Assembly: GCF_008831285.2 (NCBI RefSeq)
Contig: NC_045138.2
Span: forward strand, 31,744,001 to 31,808,000
Length of the DNA stretch: 64,000 nt
Reading direction: 5' to 3'
Source: Nymphaea colorata
Taxonomy: Eukaryota
Shown: in pieces, positions 23,889 to 38,300 of the stretch
Layout of the letters: each line of letters starts with the position of its first letter
Position numbering within the stretch: position 1 is the first letter of the stretch
The notes under the pieces: model-generated
What the model was told of the DNA's origin: nothing
Databases searched by the model: none
What the model saw: the letters and a program-made list of their open reading frames with translations, nothing else
Made by a program: the position numbers and the translations under genes

Positions 23889-26800
23889 TCAGTGTGAACC
23901 TGCTAAAGCCAGCAGATGGGAATATTCATCTGACACAAACGATTTCACTTTAAGGGTTGTTTGCTTCTTGCTGTTATCAACTGGAGAAGAATATTTTACC
24001 CCAATGACGGTCACCAAGCCTGTCGCAGAAAAATTCAAATTACAGATTCAGTCCACATGATATAATGACCGTATGTGCACATGTTGTTCAACCAGGTAGA
24101 TCAGAGAGCTCACATGCTAACACCCCAAAGGCCAAAAGTAACTCTTGGAAAAGGTAAAAATAAAATTTAGCTATTTGACTTTATGAATTTAATCCTAATG
24201 TGGCAGTTCACAAGTCCATCAGCATAGATTAATCAGGTCACTCATAGTGTCAGTAACTGACGGCGACCAAGCAGATCCGGGTACCTCCAAAAAAAAAAAA
24301 AAAAAAGGAACAGAAAAGAAAGCCAGTCCTGCTTTAGCATGTTTCTAACAATCCAAATGCATAAATATATTCGTTATTAATTGAGAACTAGGCTGTGGCT
24401 TGCATAGGCTTTACAAAAAATTGATTTTGACCACTAACCACACAGTGTTCCAAGAGTTCTTGATATCTTGGTTGCTAAGGAAAATATCTGTGCATGAAAA
24501 GCACCTCTCTTCAATTAAGATGAAGCAAAAGTACAAGTGGAAGCATATACCTACAGGTATCCATGCCATGTATTATCCGATAAGTGAAGAAGAAGCTGAT
24601 TCCAGACCATGATACCATACAGTGGTTCTTGTTTGTATATGTATAGTTTTAGATATCTTAGTGGGTTTAATCACCTTCAATGCATCATGAGATTCAGCAA
24701 AAAAGCAAAGTCTCACAATTTATGAAGATAAAATACTTCAAATATTTTGGAAAAATCACCTTAAACTCATTTTATTATATAAAAAATTAATACGCACAAG
24801 TCAATCCTATTTATGTTTATATTGAGGAGCACAGGTATAGGAGGTATTTGTGCATGAAACGAATAACAATTTTGTATAGTTAAGAAACATAGAAGAAAAT
24901 TCACATACCAAAATTGCAGCTAACGTAATAATGCTATAAATATTACAAAGACTTAGATAAAAAAGGAATAGGAACTGTTTGGAACATGAATTGGGAGACA
25001 AGAGAATGGAGACTCAACTATTTCATAATAAGATGTTTTTTGGCAAATCGACTCTCATATCTATTTTCATTACCATCGTCATCCCCATTGCAACTACTCC
25101 TGAAGTTGAACAGATGCATGATCCATCTTTCCCTTTCTGAAGTAAATATATACTTACTGTTGTGTACACGTCCATACAAGAAGCGTTCACCCTTCCAGTA
25201 TTCCAAAGGCCTGGACTTGATTCTGGTGCTTCTTCTGACCCCAGATTTCCATGCAGTGCCAGCTCCTATATCAATGCCAGAAGCATGAACTCAAAGAGAA
25301 GAGAGCAGCAAACTGGAAACAAGAAATACACAATATCCTCCCAAATTTCATTAAGCTCAGCATAATTATGATATCATACCTAGAAGGCTTTTTCTACGAT
25401 CTGATGCCGTCTTCTTGGATTTTTTCCGTCCTAAAGCCATAGAAGGTGCTTCTGATGTCTAAACATACTCATTAACATTAATGACTTCAAGTTAATCAAG
25501 TATTTGATCTGTTATACGCAATACATTGCTTACAAAAAAAGAAGACAGAGAAGGAAACATAAGAAGAACTAAGACTTGAAAAACACCTCTTTTTGCGGGC
25601 TCGAAGAAACATTAATTTCATTCAGATGCTCCTCTTGAGGCCTGCATGCGCCTGTGGGAGGGCTCATTTGGTCTGCAAATATCAAATGAGGACCCCAGCA
25701 TAAGGAAACGGGTAGGTTGTACACAAAAGGGAAAAAATAAAATAGAACAATTATCTCATAAATTCATCCAATGCATGAGATAATTTTCATATATTTTGCT
25801 GCAGACCAGGAAAAAAAAGAAAAATACAAAAATAACTCCCCAAAAGTATAGTAGATGAGATGTCTAACTGTCTATTTGTAGGAAATCATTCATAAACCTA
25901 CTAGCCTAAAACTCGCAAAACCTAGCCCACATTCCCCACTCTGAAGTCTGAACACATCATGGCAACATAGCCAAAACACACTGCATGACCATTGAAAATA
26001 CAAATTTTTTTCTTCTGCAGGCCAGCATACAGAATGTCAAAAATCATATTGACCAATCCATACTTACTGGAAGAAAGGATGGAGTATGTATGCCACTTCA
26101 CATAAATTTCAAATTTAAAGCAGAAAGTTCAATAAACCAAAATTGTCAGGAAATTATCAGAAATCATAATTCGTTCAGGAAAATCTTAATTCCACTTTTT
26201 TTTTTTACAATCCTAGGTAAAGAGATTAAGGACGTGGACTTCTCCAATGATACATATTTTTAAATTTTTCACCAAGTCCCTTTGGAACTTATTGTATTTA
26301 AAATTTTGTCTAAAAATAACACAATCTATAATTGTTTTTGAGAATTTCATAAACTAAACTTTCAATTTAAATAACACAGTAAGGATTCCCTAAATTAGCT
26401 TATAAATCTGATTTTTTTTTTCTTGTCATGCTTTCCCATTACTTGAAACTCATAAATCACATTTTGGTCCAACATAATCCCTCATTTTGCTTGTTTTGAC
26501 TTATCCTGCATTATTGTGGACCTCAATTTACTGCTGCATAATACTGATTCCATATCATTCCGGCTTTAATATATATATATATATATGCAGTCCATTATCA
26601 TGTCAACTGACTGAGGTAAACTGTTCCTATATAGCACCACACTGAAGAAAGAAATGCTGCTACATTGGAGGAAAATTTTATTTCCTGCCATAATTCACTA
26701 TTCAAATATGGAAGAAATAGTGAGAAAGAGGAGGAGGAAGAAGAAGAATAAGAAGAGCGGGAAAAGAGAAAGATGGGAATCCAAATTATGCCAAGGGATG

Positions 26801-29800
26801 CACCATGTGTATTAACTATTAAGATCCTGAATCCCTCCAACTTTGGTGGTAATTACTCTAAGTTTCTGAGCTTCTAACCCCCTAGCCAGGTTTTATAGAC
26901 CTCAGTCTGGCAGATACACTTGTCATATATGAATGACTACAATGCAGAAATGCTAATACCCCTCACCCTAAATTAAGGGTGGGCACCGAGCCAGGTACCC
27001 GACTTGGGCCAGGCCCAGGCCCTAAATTTGGGTGTCGGGCCGGGCCAATAACTTGTTTGTAACATTATTTTATTTAAATATATATATAATATATATTATT
27101 AGTAGAAGTATTATTATTATTAAACATATTTATATATTATATTATACATTTATATATATTTCATTATACCCAGATGCAGCCCGGCCCAAGCCCACCTTCT
27201 TATCAGGCCTGGCCAGCTTGATGCCCTTCCGGGCCTAAATTGCACACTACAAGTCTACAACATCTTACAACCATCTCCCAGCGTGACTATGGTAAGGGCC
27301 ATCATTAACCTCATGCATCAATTAGAGATGTCAATAACCAGACATGCATTTAGTAAATAAATCAGCTGAAGATGCACTTTATACCTTCCATCTAATGCTT
27401 TAGCTATTAAAAATTTCCTTCCCTCTAGAGTCTAGACATGTACAGTTTTTCCATAGGTCCAAAGTTCACATAAGGAAATGCCTAATAATCCTGAATTCTC
27501 ATGCATTTCTATTAAAACTTGAAAATCATCAGAAATATCTTTTTTCTATTTTAAGCAAATAAGCATATTACCCTTACCACCATCCACAACTTCCTGAGAT
27601 GTTGATGCTGCATTAGGTGTTCCTCGAACCTGGAATGTGAAGCAGGAACTAAGCACTGACAGCAAAGAAAAAACACAAAATAGACCCAATACTAAAGAGA
27701 AAAAAAATGTATTTTGCTCACACTGTCTTCTATGCAGACGCAGGGCACACCAGTCTCAGGATTGACATCTTTGGCAAACCATTTTGAGTTTTCCCCTAAA
27801 CCCTCATCAGCTGAACAAGTCAAACCATTGTTTGACATGTTCACATAATCATTATTGTTCACAGCATCACATTCTTCCAGTGCCAGATGCTGAATACCAG
27901 GAGTTGACTGTATTCTTGTGGAATTCTCGAGATCTGAATTTTTATCTGTGATGCAGTTACTGGACATGCCAATTTGAGGATTGACAACTTTGTTGGATCC
28001 ATTTGAGTTGTTACCTAGTTCCACACTAGCTGGACAAATTAAGCCATCTCTTAGGACATCCTCACAGTTGTTACTACTTACAGCTTTACATTCTTCTGAT
28101 CTAGGATGCTGAATAGCACAACCAGAGGTTGATTGCTTCACGATGGAATTCTCCAGATTTGAATTTTTGCCTGACACTTGATCAGATGGACAAGCAATGT
28201 TCACTGTCTCAAAACCTGATGAATTCTTATTGATACTGCATGCTTCTTGTCCTGGTAACTCTGAAATGCTGCTCGCAGTCAGGTTCTTCTCTTGCCCTAG
28301 CGCTTCTGGACCAGCCAAGCCATCAGCCTGTGTGGTCAAGGAAGTCAACCCAGTTCTCATAGTGTTTTTCTCAAGCCATTTGGAATGAGAAAACCCACTC
28401 GGTAACGACCCATTTTTGTCAGCACACTTTGAAGTAGGACTACGAAGAATTGCCAATTGATCTTGTTGAATACCACCAGGATGAGACGGTGCTTCCAATT
28501 CAAATTGAGTAGCAAAGGAAGATCCTTTCGTCAGATTAAACATAAAGGGTGAGTGAGATGTGTCTTTTTCGCTCATTCTTTGTGATTTATGTCTACAAAA
28601 ACCAGAAATTGCAGCAAATGGGCTTTTGGGTGGAGTAGGTGAAGTCACTGGACTGCATGTAGTTTCTGGAACTGCATGATAAGTCTTTGGTGTTTCCTCA
28701 CTAATTTTTGAATTCCATGTCTGGTCTGCAAAGTTTGAAATGTTGGATTCCAATCTGATTTTTTCCCCTGAAGTTGATGCTTGGGAAGACATAATTTCAT
28801 GTAAACTGAACCTATTGAACTTGGGCAATTGAATTTTATGCATATCAATCGCTTGCATGTCCAGGCTTTTCTGCAGTAAGCTAAATGTGTGCCCTTCATC
28901 AGGATTACAGCAAGCATCCAGCAATGAGCCAACAAGTCCATCATAATCGCTTTCTACAGGGGCACAAATTGTTGTTCCTGTAACCATGAAACATAAGCCG
29001 TCTCAGCCCTTCCATCAAGATAGTAGTACAAGGGAGAAAGGATAGATGAAGAAACAACCAAAGGGCATTAGTTAGGGACTTCATCTAAACAGAAAAACTA
29101 TCTCAAAGCATTTTCCACTTCCTGTGGTGATAAAACCATGCAATTACCTTTCCCATTTTCATTCAGAACATTAATGTCTTCGGCCATTCCTTGGTTCATT
29201 CCAATTCCATGGACTGACATAGATGCACTCCTTGAAAGTCCATAACCATTCCTGGGAGAAGGAATTGAGCTGTTTCCAACTTCAGATTGCTCCACAGCCA
29301 ATGCATGTTTGGATGCATCAACAGCAATTGCAGTATAAGAATGCCTATATGTTGCTGTTTTCCTGTGATTAAGGCAGAACAACAATTAGATGCAAGTCCA
29401 CATTCTCCCACGAGATGCATCAACAGTTTTAGTTTATTCCACTATCCACTTCACAAGAACCATGGCATCATATAGAACTAAATCACTTAGTACCCAAGAA
29501 TTCCTTGACGACGCGTCCTCGATTCTGATAAACAATGACTTGAACTTTGATCTACCAAATTTCCCCCCATCAATCTTCTCAACTCCTTTTCAGCATCTGC
29601 CAGGAAGAAACATAAAAACATGCACGATCAAGCCAAGAATCATCCCTAAACAAGTTTTACAGTAAATTCTCTTCAGATTGCTGATCACCATTCTAAATAT
29701 CAAAGTAGTATAAAGGAAAGTTAACCATAACCGCCAAGGGGCCTATTGTCACAGAAAACGCGTCTTAGTCGAAAAAATGCGTTAAATACGTGAAAAACAA

Positions 29801-32476
29801 GTCAGCCGTATAAAACGGCAATTAAACGAGTCTTTTTTTAAAAAAACACCAGAAAATAAAAAACATGAAAAAAATGTATTATAAGCATATTATACACGTT
29901 TTTTCACGTTTTTTCATATTTTTTATTAATTTTTTTTATAATTTTCAGGATCTATTAAATGTTTTAAAAAAATTGCCGAGATATTCCCAAGATACACAAT
30001 TTTGCTGTATTATACCCAAGAAATTCCTCGCCGTATAATACCCGCACACGATATATGTGACAATCATCTGCTAAGTGAAACATACCTACCTACATGCAAG
30101 AGGCGACATAAGATGAATGATGATGAAAAGTATTACAGCTCAAAACTGTTGTTTTCCGATGCAAGAAATGGACTTGAAGAGGTCACTGACAAAAGTCAGG
30201 AAACAACTTATATGACCACAAACCAAGTTGTCTTCATCCAGGTTTGTCTAAAACCTGGTTATAACTTTGTTTGGATGTTTGGCCCCAAAAAAAAAAATAA
30301 AAAATTATACGGTGACCATTATCTGAAAACCACTAACCAGAAAATGGCACAGTTTCGTCGCCCATGTGAGAGACCTAGCCCACCCAATTCTGGCTGGTCT
30401 ACGACCAAAAAAATGATTAAAAAAATTATGTGGCCCAATTTTTTTCAAAAGTACTTTCCAGCCATCTGGCCAGTATGATATGAATCCAGCTGCTACTGGC
30501 GAGAACCTGACCAAAGATGGCCAGATGGCAAAGGAGCTCCCCCCACCATTGGTGATGGACTAATAGTGGTGTGGAAGTGATGAGGAGAAGTGCACAATAA
30601 ACAAAGTTAGGAGGTCAAAAACCTGCCTCTATGCTCCAACAGCTTTCTATAACAAGGTTATATCCCTGGTTTTTAAAAAAAAAACTTGGTTTACCGTCAG
30701 TATAACAGACAGAAAACCAAATTTTTCTTTATAAATCTGGTTTGAAACCCAAAACCAGGTGCTCAACCTCATCCGGTATTTATGCCCCAAAGAAATTTCT
30801 TTCCCATCCATGTCAATCATCAAATCACAGCAGGAACTCAATGCATGAACAAGACGCTGCATACTCTAGAGCAGCTAATTGTACTTCATTGAGGCATGAA
30901 TAAGAGCACATGAAAAGAGCCTTACTTTCTTGTCGTTCATATGCTGCGAAAAACTCTTCAGGGTCCTTCAGTTGATCAAAATCAGGTTGTGCGCTTGTAA
31001 CCACAACATCCTGACTGTCATCAACAATATTTCACTCATGATACATCAAACACAACTATGAAGAAGCCCATATGTTTAGTCGTTTACCTTGTTGGTTTCA
31101 ACGAAAATCGAGCCCTTTTCCGACCAAAGCCAGGTCGCCGTTTTTGCATATGATAACCATTCTCCTTTCCTTCAGCCACAGGATGTTTGATACATTTGGT
31201 TATGCTCAAGTCGTTCATGTCTGTCTCTCTCAAGGGTTGCCGTGCAGTAGCATCCTTTCGAGATTCTTTTGCACTATTAACAATTCTGTTTCCTTGTAAT
31301 GGCAGTTGCTTTGAGATATCTGATACCTGAACCAAAACACAGAGAATCCAGGCATTTGTTTCTTAGCAAAACCGTCAACCACAATGAAGAATTAATTGGT
31401 CACCACAAATTCTTCAAAATATAATAACTACTTGCAGCAGGCTAGCAGCTAAATCACGAAAGTAACTTCATCTTCCTTGCAGCAATTACAAACCATCACA
31501 GCCTTCAATCTTATTAAGATTTTTAAATACCAAGGCAAATACAGAACTCAAAAAGGCAATTCAAGGCACTCTTACGAAGTAAGAACCATATTCTCAGTAC
31601 TGACATTAAAATTTCTAAAATACAAGTCAAATTAAGAACATGTTGCGTCATTAATAGATCTCGACAACAACGGATGAGGACTTTGATGCTTATTCAACAA
31701 ACAAAAACTACAAACAGGTATGGAATCTAGAAAACGAGGAAGTAACCAGAACTTACACTTCTATCAAAATAATGTTTCCAAATTAAACGTGTACTCTAAG
31801 AATCTAAGTTTCTCTCTTGTTTTCCCTCCCTTCTTGGCGAAGCAGTCATCGTCTCAGCTGGCATGGCTTATCATCTTCTAGTTTTCACTAATCGAACTTC
31901 ATGTCTTATTCCTTCTCATAAGACATAAACCAATTCCTGACGATACCAGAGAGGAGCTGAAATCTATCGTAAGAAGCTCACACCTATATATCACAGGATT
32001 TCTTCATCCAAAAATTCCAAAAATAACAAGTCATGGTCAACGAACGTGTTCGACTTCCATTCCCGATTTCCAGCAGCAACAGCCTTTCACCGAACAACTC
32101 TTTAACAAAAAAATTGAGAGAAGGCCACTAGAAAACTTCCATAATCCAACGTCCAATCAATCAAGGCACTTTAGGAAAACAATAAACAGCAAAAAAGAAA
32201 AGAGAAGCATCGCAAGATCCAGATCTGGGGATAAAAAAACCTGAAATGAACCCGTTTTCCTTCTGGACTTGGCCCGCGCTTATTAGAATGTTTCAATTTC
32301 AAGATAAACGGGAAACAAGGAAAGTTAAGAAGCCCAAAGTGATAAAACGAAAACTAAAACAAATATCCACCCTAAAACACTCAGACTCATCCATTCTTCC
32401 GGCGCTTGACATCCGATGACCACAGGCGCGTGCTCATACAGATACAAGTAGAACGAGCGTATGAAAATGTGTGTGA

Positions 32477-32512
<36 letters not shown>

Positions 32513-32711
32513 AAAAGAGAGAGAGAGTTACCCTTATCTTAGACTTCAAGAACTCGTGGACCGCTTCGATATCGTCGAGATCCGACGAAGACGCCGGTAA
32601 TTCTAGGGTTTTGACGGATTCCGGGAGGAAGTAGAGAAGCGGAAGGGTGGCGAATGGATCGACTGGGCCAACGAGACTCCGTTCAGGTTTCGAGACGTCG
32701 ACTTTCCCCAT
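23889..32711 (-). CDS. CENPC: Centromere protein C, 11 exons, ~845 aa
   Basis: Exons 32711-32532, 31326-31088, 31014-30926, 29596-29494, 29362-29148, 28977-27722, 27629-27578, 25672-25587, 25458-25380, 25265-25158, 24019-23889, all GT-AG and phase-consistent. Plant CENP-C motifs [40 protein letters not shown] motif [20 protein letters not shown], tail [12 protein letters not shown]...[10 protein letters not shown]. Confidence 0.95.
26974..27232. mobile_element. GGCCCG-family MITE in CENP-C intron 7
   Basis: Starts TAAGGGTGGGC as in the 4969 family; AT-rich core; flanks ccctaaat/gcctaaat (7/8 TSD). Confidence 0.7.
29744..30065. mobile_element. MITE (ATTGTCACA...TGTGACAAT family) in CENP-C intron 3
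   Basis: Inverted termini ATTGTCACA/TGTGACAAT around an A/T-run core; similar AT-rich bodies at ~22060-22330, ~38480-39300 and ~52020-52380. Confidence 0.55.
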
Positions 32712-34110
32712 TCCTAACCCTGAACAAGCATCCTTCCCTTCCCACGGTAAATTTGGGCTCTCTGTATTTCCCCTGCTCCTCTCTTCTGCGTCTATTTGAA
32801 AAACAATTTGAATTCAGTTCCGACGGGAGGGAATGAAGCTGGACACCCCACTCAACTTATAGTATTCACGATAGTCGGATCGCTTTGAGAAATGGGTCTA
32901 ACCAAGAATTTCGATCCGCGTGGAAATTACGAAATTACGCTCAACTTTTTGTGGAATAATAAGTTAGCGGATTTAATCTAAGGTATTTCCCCTTTAATGC
33001 CCGATGGATGCAAAACACAGTTTTGAATCTTTAACAGTATATATATATATGTGTGTGTGTGTGTGTATCATTTTTTTATCAATTACATAAATTCAATTTA
33101 GATTTGAACCAAATTATCAGATTACATGCAAAAAATTGATTGACATCGCATTTTTTTCGTGTTTGTTTCGAAAAAAAGGTGTTTTCTGTGACTATGGACC
33201 TCACAGAATGTCTGATATTCTTGTATTTTCACAAGTGCAGGTCTATTGTCCACAGATCATACAACCATCCTCTTTGAAAAACACAGGAAGCCCATTCAAG
33301 GAGCCATTTGAGATCACTTGCAAAAGGGATGCATTTGCAGAACTTATAACCAAAGCATCAAGCTTTATTTCTTGGAGGCTGACTCGGGTTTATCATCGTT
33401 GCTTTCTTGAAGGAAGCCTCTGGTTGCAAACCACACCTTCATCTACGCCTCAACCAATTTGGGCTTCTACTAAAGAGTCTATTACATGCAAATTTTGAAG
33501 GAAACCGAGTCTGACAAGATTTTTTTTTATCTCTTTTGAAATCAATAACAAGATTTTTTTTTTCTTGTGAGATAATTTTGGGAATGAAATTTGTGCATAT
33601 GGAAAGTGGTGGGAAATTTTTCCCCTTGGCATAAAAATATTCGATTAAGGATTCTCTTAGTATCATACTATTTTACTTCATTCGTAAATGAAATGTAAGA
33701 TTATTTTCACTCTCCTTGACCCGCCTACTTTTTATCTTTTCCAATGCACCGTGCACGTACCTACTTTTTCTCTTTCGAATTTTTAATAACAGAAATATTT
33801 TATAACAGGAGCTCGACCATCTTTTTATATTTATACTACCCTCAGCAGAGGTGGCAGAATAAAGAAAGACCACTTCATCTTGCCCCCATTAAACAGTGGG
33901 AGAATTTATCTGCTGGGCGCCTGAGATTTGAAAATTCGACATCCAACGACTTTGTCATAATTTAAAATAAATTCACATTTTCAAGAAATTTCATGATAGC
34001 TTATCTTGATCGAATCCTTAACTGGTGGAACTATTAAAAAAGATAAACGCTCTTCATTCAGTTAATTGAAGCACTGTTTCATCTCACTGTTTCCGTAGCT
34101 ATGGCCATGA

Positions 34111-34207
34111 AGAAATTCTAAGCATCAATGCAAGCCCTAGGTAGACCAAGCATTACGAGAAAGAAACTCTAAGCAACAATCAAGCGCTAGGTAGACTAAG
34201 CATTACC
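34111..34207. repeat. Two-copy ~50-bp tandem duplication
   Basis: AGAAAyTCTAAGCAwCAAT...CTAGGTAGACyAAGCATTAC repeated at 34111 and 34162. Confidence 0.8.
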
Positions 34208-35304
34208 ATCTCTGAAAAGGCATGCTAGGTTTTTATCATAAGTTCTATGATAACAGACAAAGGAAAAGGATTTCATCTCTTACCATAAGTAGCAATATGC
34301 AAGATTTTTAAATGACAATTCTTATCTTGAAGGGGGTTTTGCAAAAAGAAAGGTGGTTGTGAAGATAAGAATTATTTCGAAGAGTGGTCTAAGTTTTAAC
34401 ACTTTATTGAAAGGAAGGAAATGAAGTAATGGCTCTTAAAAGAGACTATTTTCTCCACTTGCGATATGGTAGTTGCAGCTGTGGCAAAAGCAAACTGTCT
34501 GAAAGAAGATACACAGCTGCAAAAGCAACCAGAAACTGTTTCTCGATGACTTGGATTTATTCAAGAACTTTACATCTGAATATGAATGGGCATTAAATTC
34601 CAAACGTATTTCAATCAGATTGTTATATAACAGTTTCCCTCCATCTGAATGATTCGAATCTGCATCCAATTAGACAATAAAACACTAGCTATCTGTGGTA
34701 AAGGCCACATCCAATCAGAATCTGAGCAACAGTCATGCACAATTGTGCCTTGCAGAAAAAGAGGTCATGTGGAATTCCTTGCAACAGAGCAAGAGAGAGA
34801 GAGAGAGAGAGAGAGTCATTCGAGTAATTCTATGCAGTGGAAGGTAACAGTAAAGACAAGGGAAAGACCACTAATCACAGGAGCTGCTGGAATGCAACTG
34901 ACCAATGTGAGCCGTTAGTGGTTCACTATCAAAACACAATCTTTAGCAGACCCTAGTTAGTATACAAAAAACCATCACGCACAAGACGTGTGGATCATTA
35001 CCCTGGTCTTAAGAACAAGATCGATATATCCAAGAGAATTGCAGATAACATAAGCTTCCTTTACAACACATGTTAGAGTTACCAGTTACTCTACTCCATG
35101 GCTGTAAACTATTTTTTTTATTTGAAAGAAAACATTTCAGAGAATCCTAGATTACCATGATCAGAAATTGCATAATTAGGGGGGCTCTGAATTTCCTTGG
35201 CTCAACTGTCTCGGTTGAGAAAACTTCCCTTTTGAAATAAACTATGAATTGTCTGATGATTCTGATCAGACCCCATGGACCAACTGAAGTTCAGTTCTGC
35301 AGAA

Positions 35305-38300
35305 TCAACTCAAGGATGACTTCAGACGCTTTGCAGGTGGTAACTCTGACCCAACATTCGTCACCTGGTCAGGATTTGATGACTCTACTTCAACTATCCT
35401 TTGTTTCTGATCGAACTGCTGATTCCTATCTTCTGTTTTCTCTGGAATAATATCTGTCTCGTTCATGGCCAGAGGTTTTCCCAGATCATTTTCTTTTGAA
35501 GATTGGGTTATGTCAGATGGAGAAGCACCAGACGCATCATCAAGCAAAGAAGGCATTTTAAGCTTCTCACTGGTCTTGCATTGTTTTTCAAACATCATTT
35601 GGAGATATCTTCCTTGTTCTTCAATTCTTAACTGTAGGTTACGCTGAATCTGCAACAGCATAGAGCTAGTTGATGACTTGATGTCCCAGAGAAGCAACGG
35701 TAAATAGTGCTTAGTGATATGAAAATATTCTAGGCATGAAGATCAATCTTGATGGGGTTGATTTGCGTGTTATGCACCAATAGGGGAGAGTGTGGAAGGC
35801 ACTTTCCTCCTTATGACAGCCTGGAGAGACCTGACAGTGGGCCTCTGAGGCTGCGTGTCATAGGGGGAAGGGCCTTCCATGCCCTCCCTTGTTAGCCCAT
35901 AACAAATAAGCTGTTCTATGCCTTAACAACAATACATGAATCTAGAATTTGTCATCAAATTAAGGTCCTTATGCTAGAAGAAGACATGATGGGCCAGCTG
36001 ACCTATTATGGGCCTTTTTTATGGAATGTAAAGAATAGACAAAAGGAATCTCAAAGCAACAACCACAGTAGTATTCAACCATGACACGAATTCCAGCAAA
36101 CCATCACTCGAGGGAATTTCCCAGTTAAAGCAAAAGTTGCTATGATATAAAAAGGAAATATGAAAAATTAACTACCAAACAAAATGATACAATCACAAAC
36201 TATTCAAACAAATTCAGTTCTGAAAACCAGTGTTACCAAATCGGCTGCATCACATTGAATAGGTGGCAAATTCATTTGATTCATTTGCCAATCCTATGGT
36301 GCCACACGTCGCACTTTCTTCATTTTTTATTATGTTTTGATTTCTTTTTGTAATTTTTAAAGGTTGTTGCCCTTGCTTCTAAATATGTAATATTATTGTT
36401 TACTGATTCATGCCCAACTCCTATCCCAATTTGATTCACCCAATTCTCCAAATTGGCCAGCTGCCAGATTCGATCAAAAGACTGATTTTCATAAGATTGC
36501 TGAAAGCACATCAATAAATAATATAATACAAAGTTACAAACAAACAGAAGCAATGCATTTCAACAATAATTTTATCATTTGAATGGATCCCCTACAGCAT
36601 TGTACTTTTCAGGATAAAATAGCATTACATCATTGAATTGACAAACCTAGGACAGTTTTAGATCACTTGACACCACTTGTTTCCTTCTGGCTTCCAGTTA
36701 ATTTGTCATTCTATTTTTGTTTTTACCTTCTTTTTTTCATAAAAACTTAGTATAGTTTCAATTTCTTTGGCCATTGAAAGAAAATCATTTAGAAGTGTCA
36801 AAAGTTGCCCCCGACAGCTTTTTCTTCACAATGCCATCTACATTAGTTTTCATCCGTTACCTTGCCACTCCTATCCTATGTAATTAGGAACATAAAGGCT
36901 TCAGAGGAAACAAAATTTTTAGGTATATCAGGTCACTCAAGTATTTTGATGAAAAACTTCCAAAGCTCCAATGCTCCATCAAAATGCCAATGCATGTCTC
37001 TTAACCAAGTCTGGTGAAATCAAGTCTTTCCCTGTGTGTGTCAAAAGTATTCATACAAATTGAAACCGACTGACGTAACCATTGATCATGTAACTATTGA
37101 TGACCATCAAGGTTTGTCATGCACTTTGAGGTTTTCTGGTAGTTTTCATGTTGTTCGGTTGTTCCTTACAACCTTTACGTCTAAATTTCTGCAGAATCCT
37201 GGTTTCAGAACAAGTACTACAAACATAAGACAGTTCAGCTTGTGCTTTTGATCTGATTATGGCTTATTAGTACCAAACCTATCAAGGACCTAAGTAAACA
37301 AACACCTTGTTTAGGTGAAGGTACCCATGTCAACACACCCAGACAAGGGTGCAGCACTGAACGCAGCATTGATTGTATGCATCTATTTTTGTTTTATACC
37401 CTTTTTTAAATATATGTGCATTCCTTGGACCACTGAAGGAAACATACACCAAGGGAACAGGGTTTGTAGTTCATATGGACAAGGAGATAATAGTTTATCA
37501 TTATTGTTTAGGTCTTCAGTAAAGTCATTCCTCAAGCCTGTGCAAGCTCCAAGAATGGTCAGCCGAGTATTCCGAAAAGGTCTCAGTGGGCACAGTACAT
37601 TGCGAATATTACACTAGTAGAGATGTAAACGATTAACATTCGGTTTCAAGATTGGTTTCGTCCAAAATCCAACTTCCCATGTACATGGATCATCTGAATG
37701 TCATTACATCCTACACCCTAGTCCATCTCTTGATCTCATAAAGAATAAGGACCATTCACCACTGAAACAAATTTTTCTTTACGTTGGGTACCAATTCTTC
37801 ATGGCCTCCTTTTGCATTGTCATGTTTATTAATAATAACTTCACAGTGATTGCTGCAACAGAAGTTCTTACGAACATCCAAAACATTGGAAAACATTTCA
37901 ATCAATGTATTTTGTTATTTGATAGCAAGAAGAGGAAAAATATGCAATTAATTCATTCAGCAAGTCGACTGAACACCAAACATCGTGCTTTTATGCTCCA
38001 GTCCAGACATCATAGTGGAAAGGGTCCACCCACAAATAGGGATGTCAACAGAAAGGATTTTATTTGATTCAGTATGAATTGGATTCCAGTTAGTTAGACC
38101 AAGTAAAATGAATCAATTTTAGGTTTTTCCTAACCAATTCTGATAGGTATATGATCCCAATTGCATGTACAATTTGCATTTGGCTCCTCCGCATTCAAAC
38201 TGAATTCAGTTCCAGATCTGATTAGCCGATACATAATTCACCTGATTATTCAGCTGTGGTGATCGTTACCCCAACCACAATCTGAGACATATATATTCCT

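Noticed and set aside
30117..30190. ATGATGA...CTGA spacing like a C/D box snoRNA
   Set aside because: No terminal stem, no recognisable rRNA guide, and antisense to the host intron.
33136..33498. 120-aa ORF and an antisense KVWF motif suggestive of a homeobox
   Set aside because: Non-ATG start, stops in the antisense frame and no further homeodomain residues.
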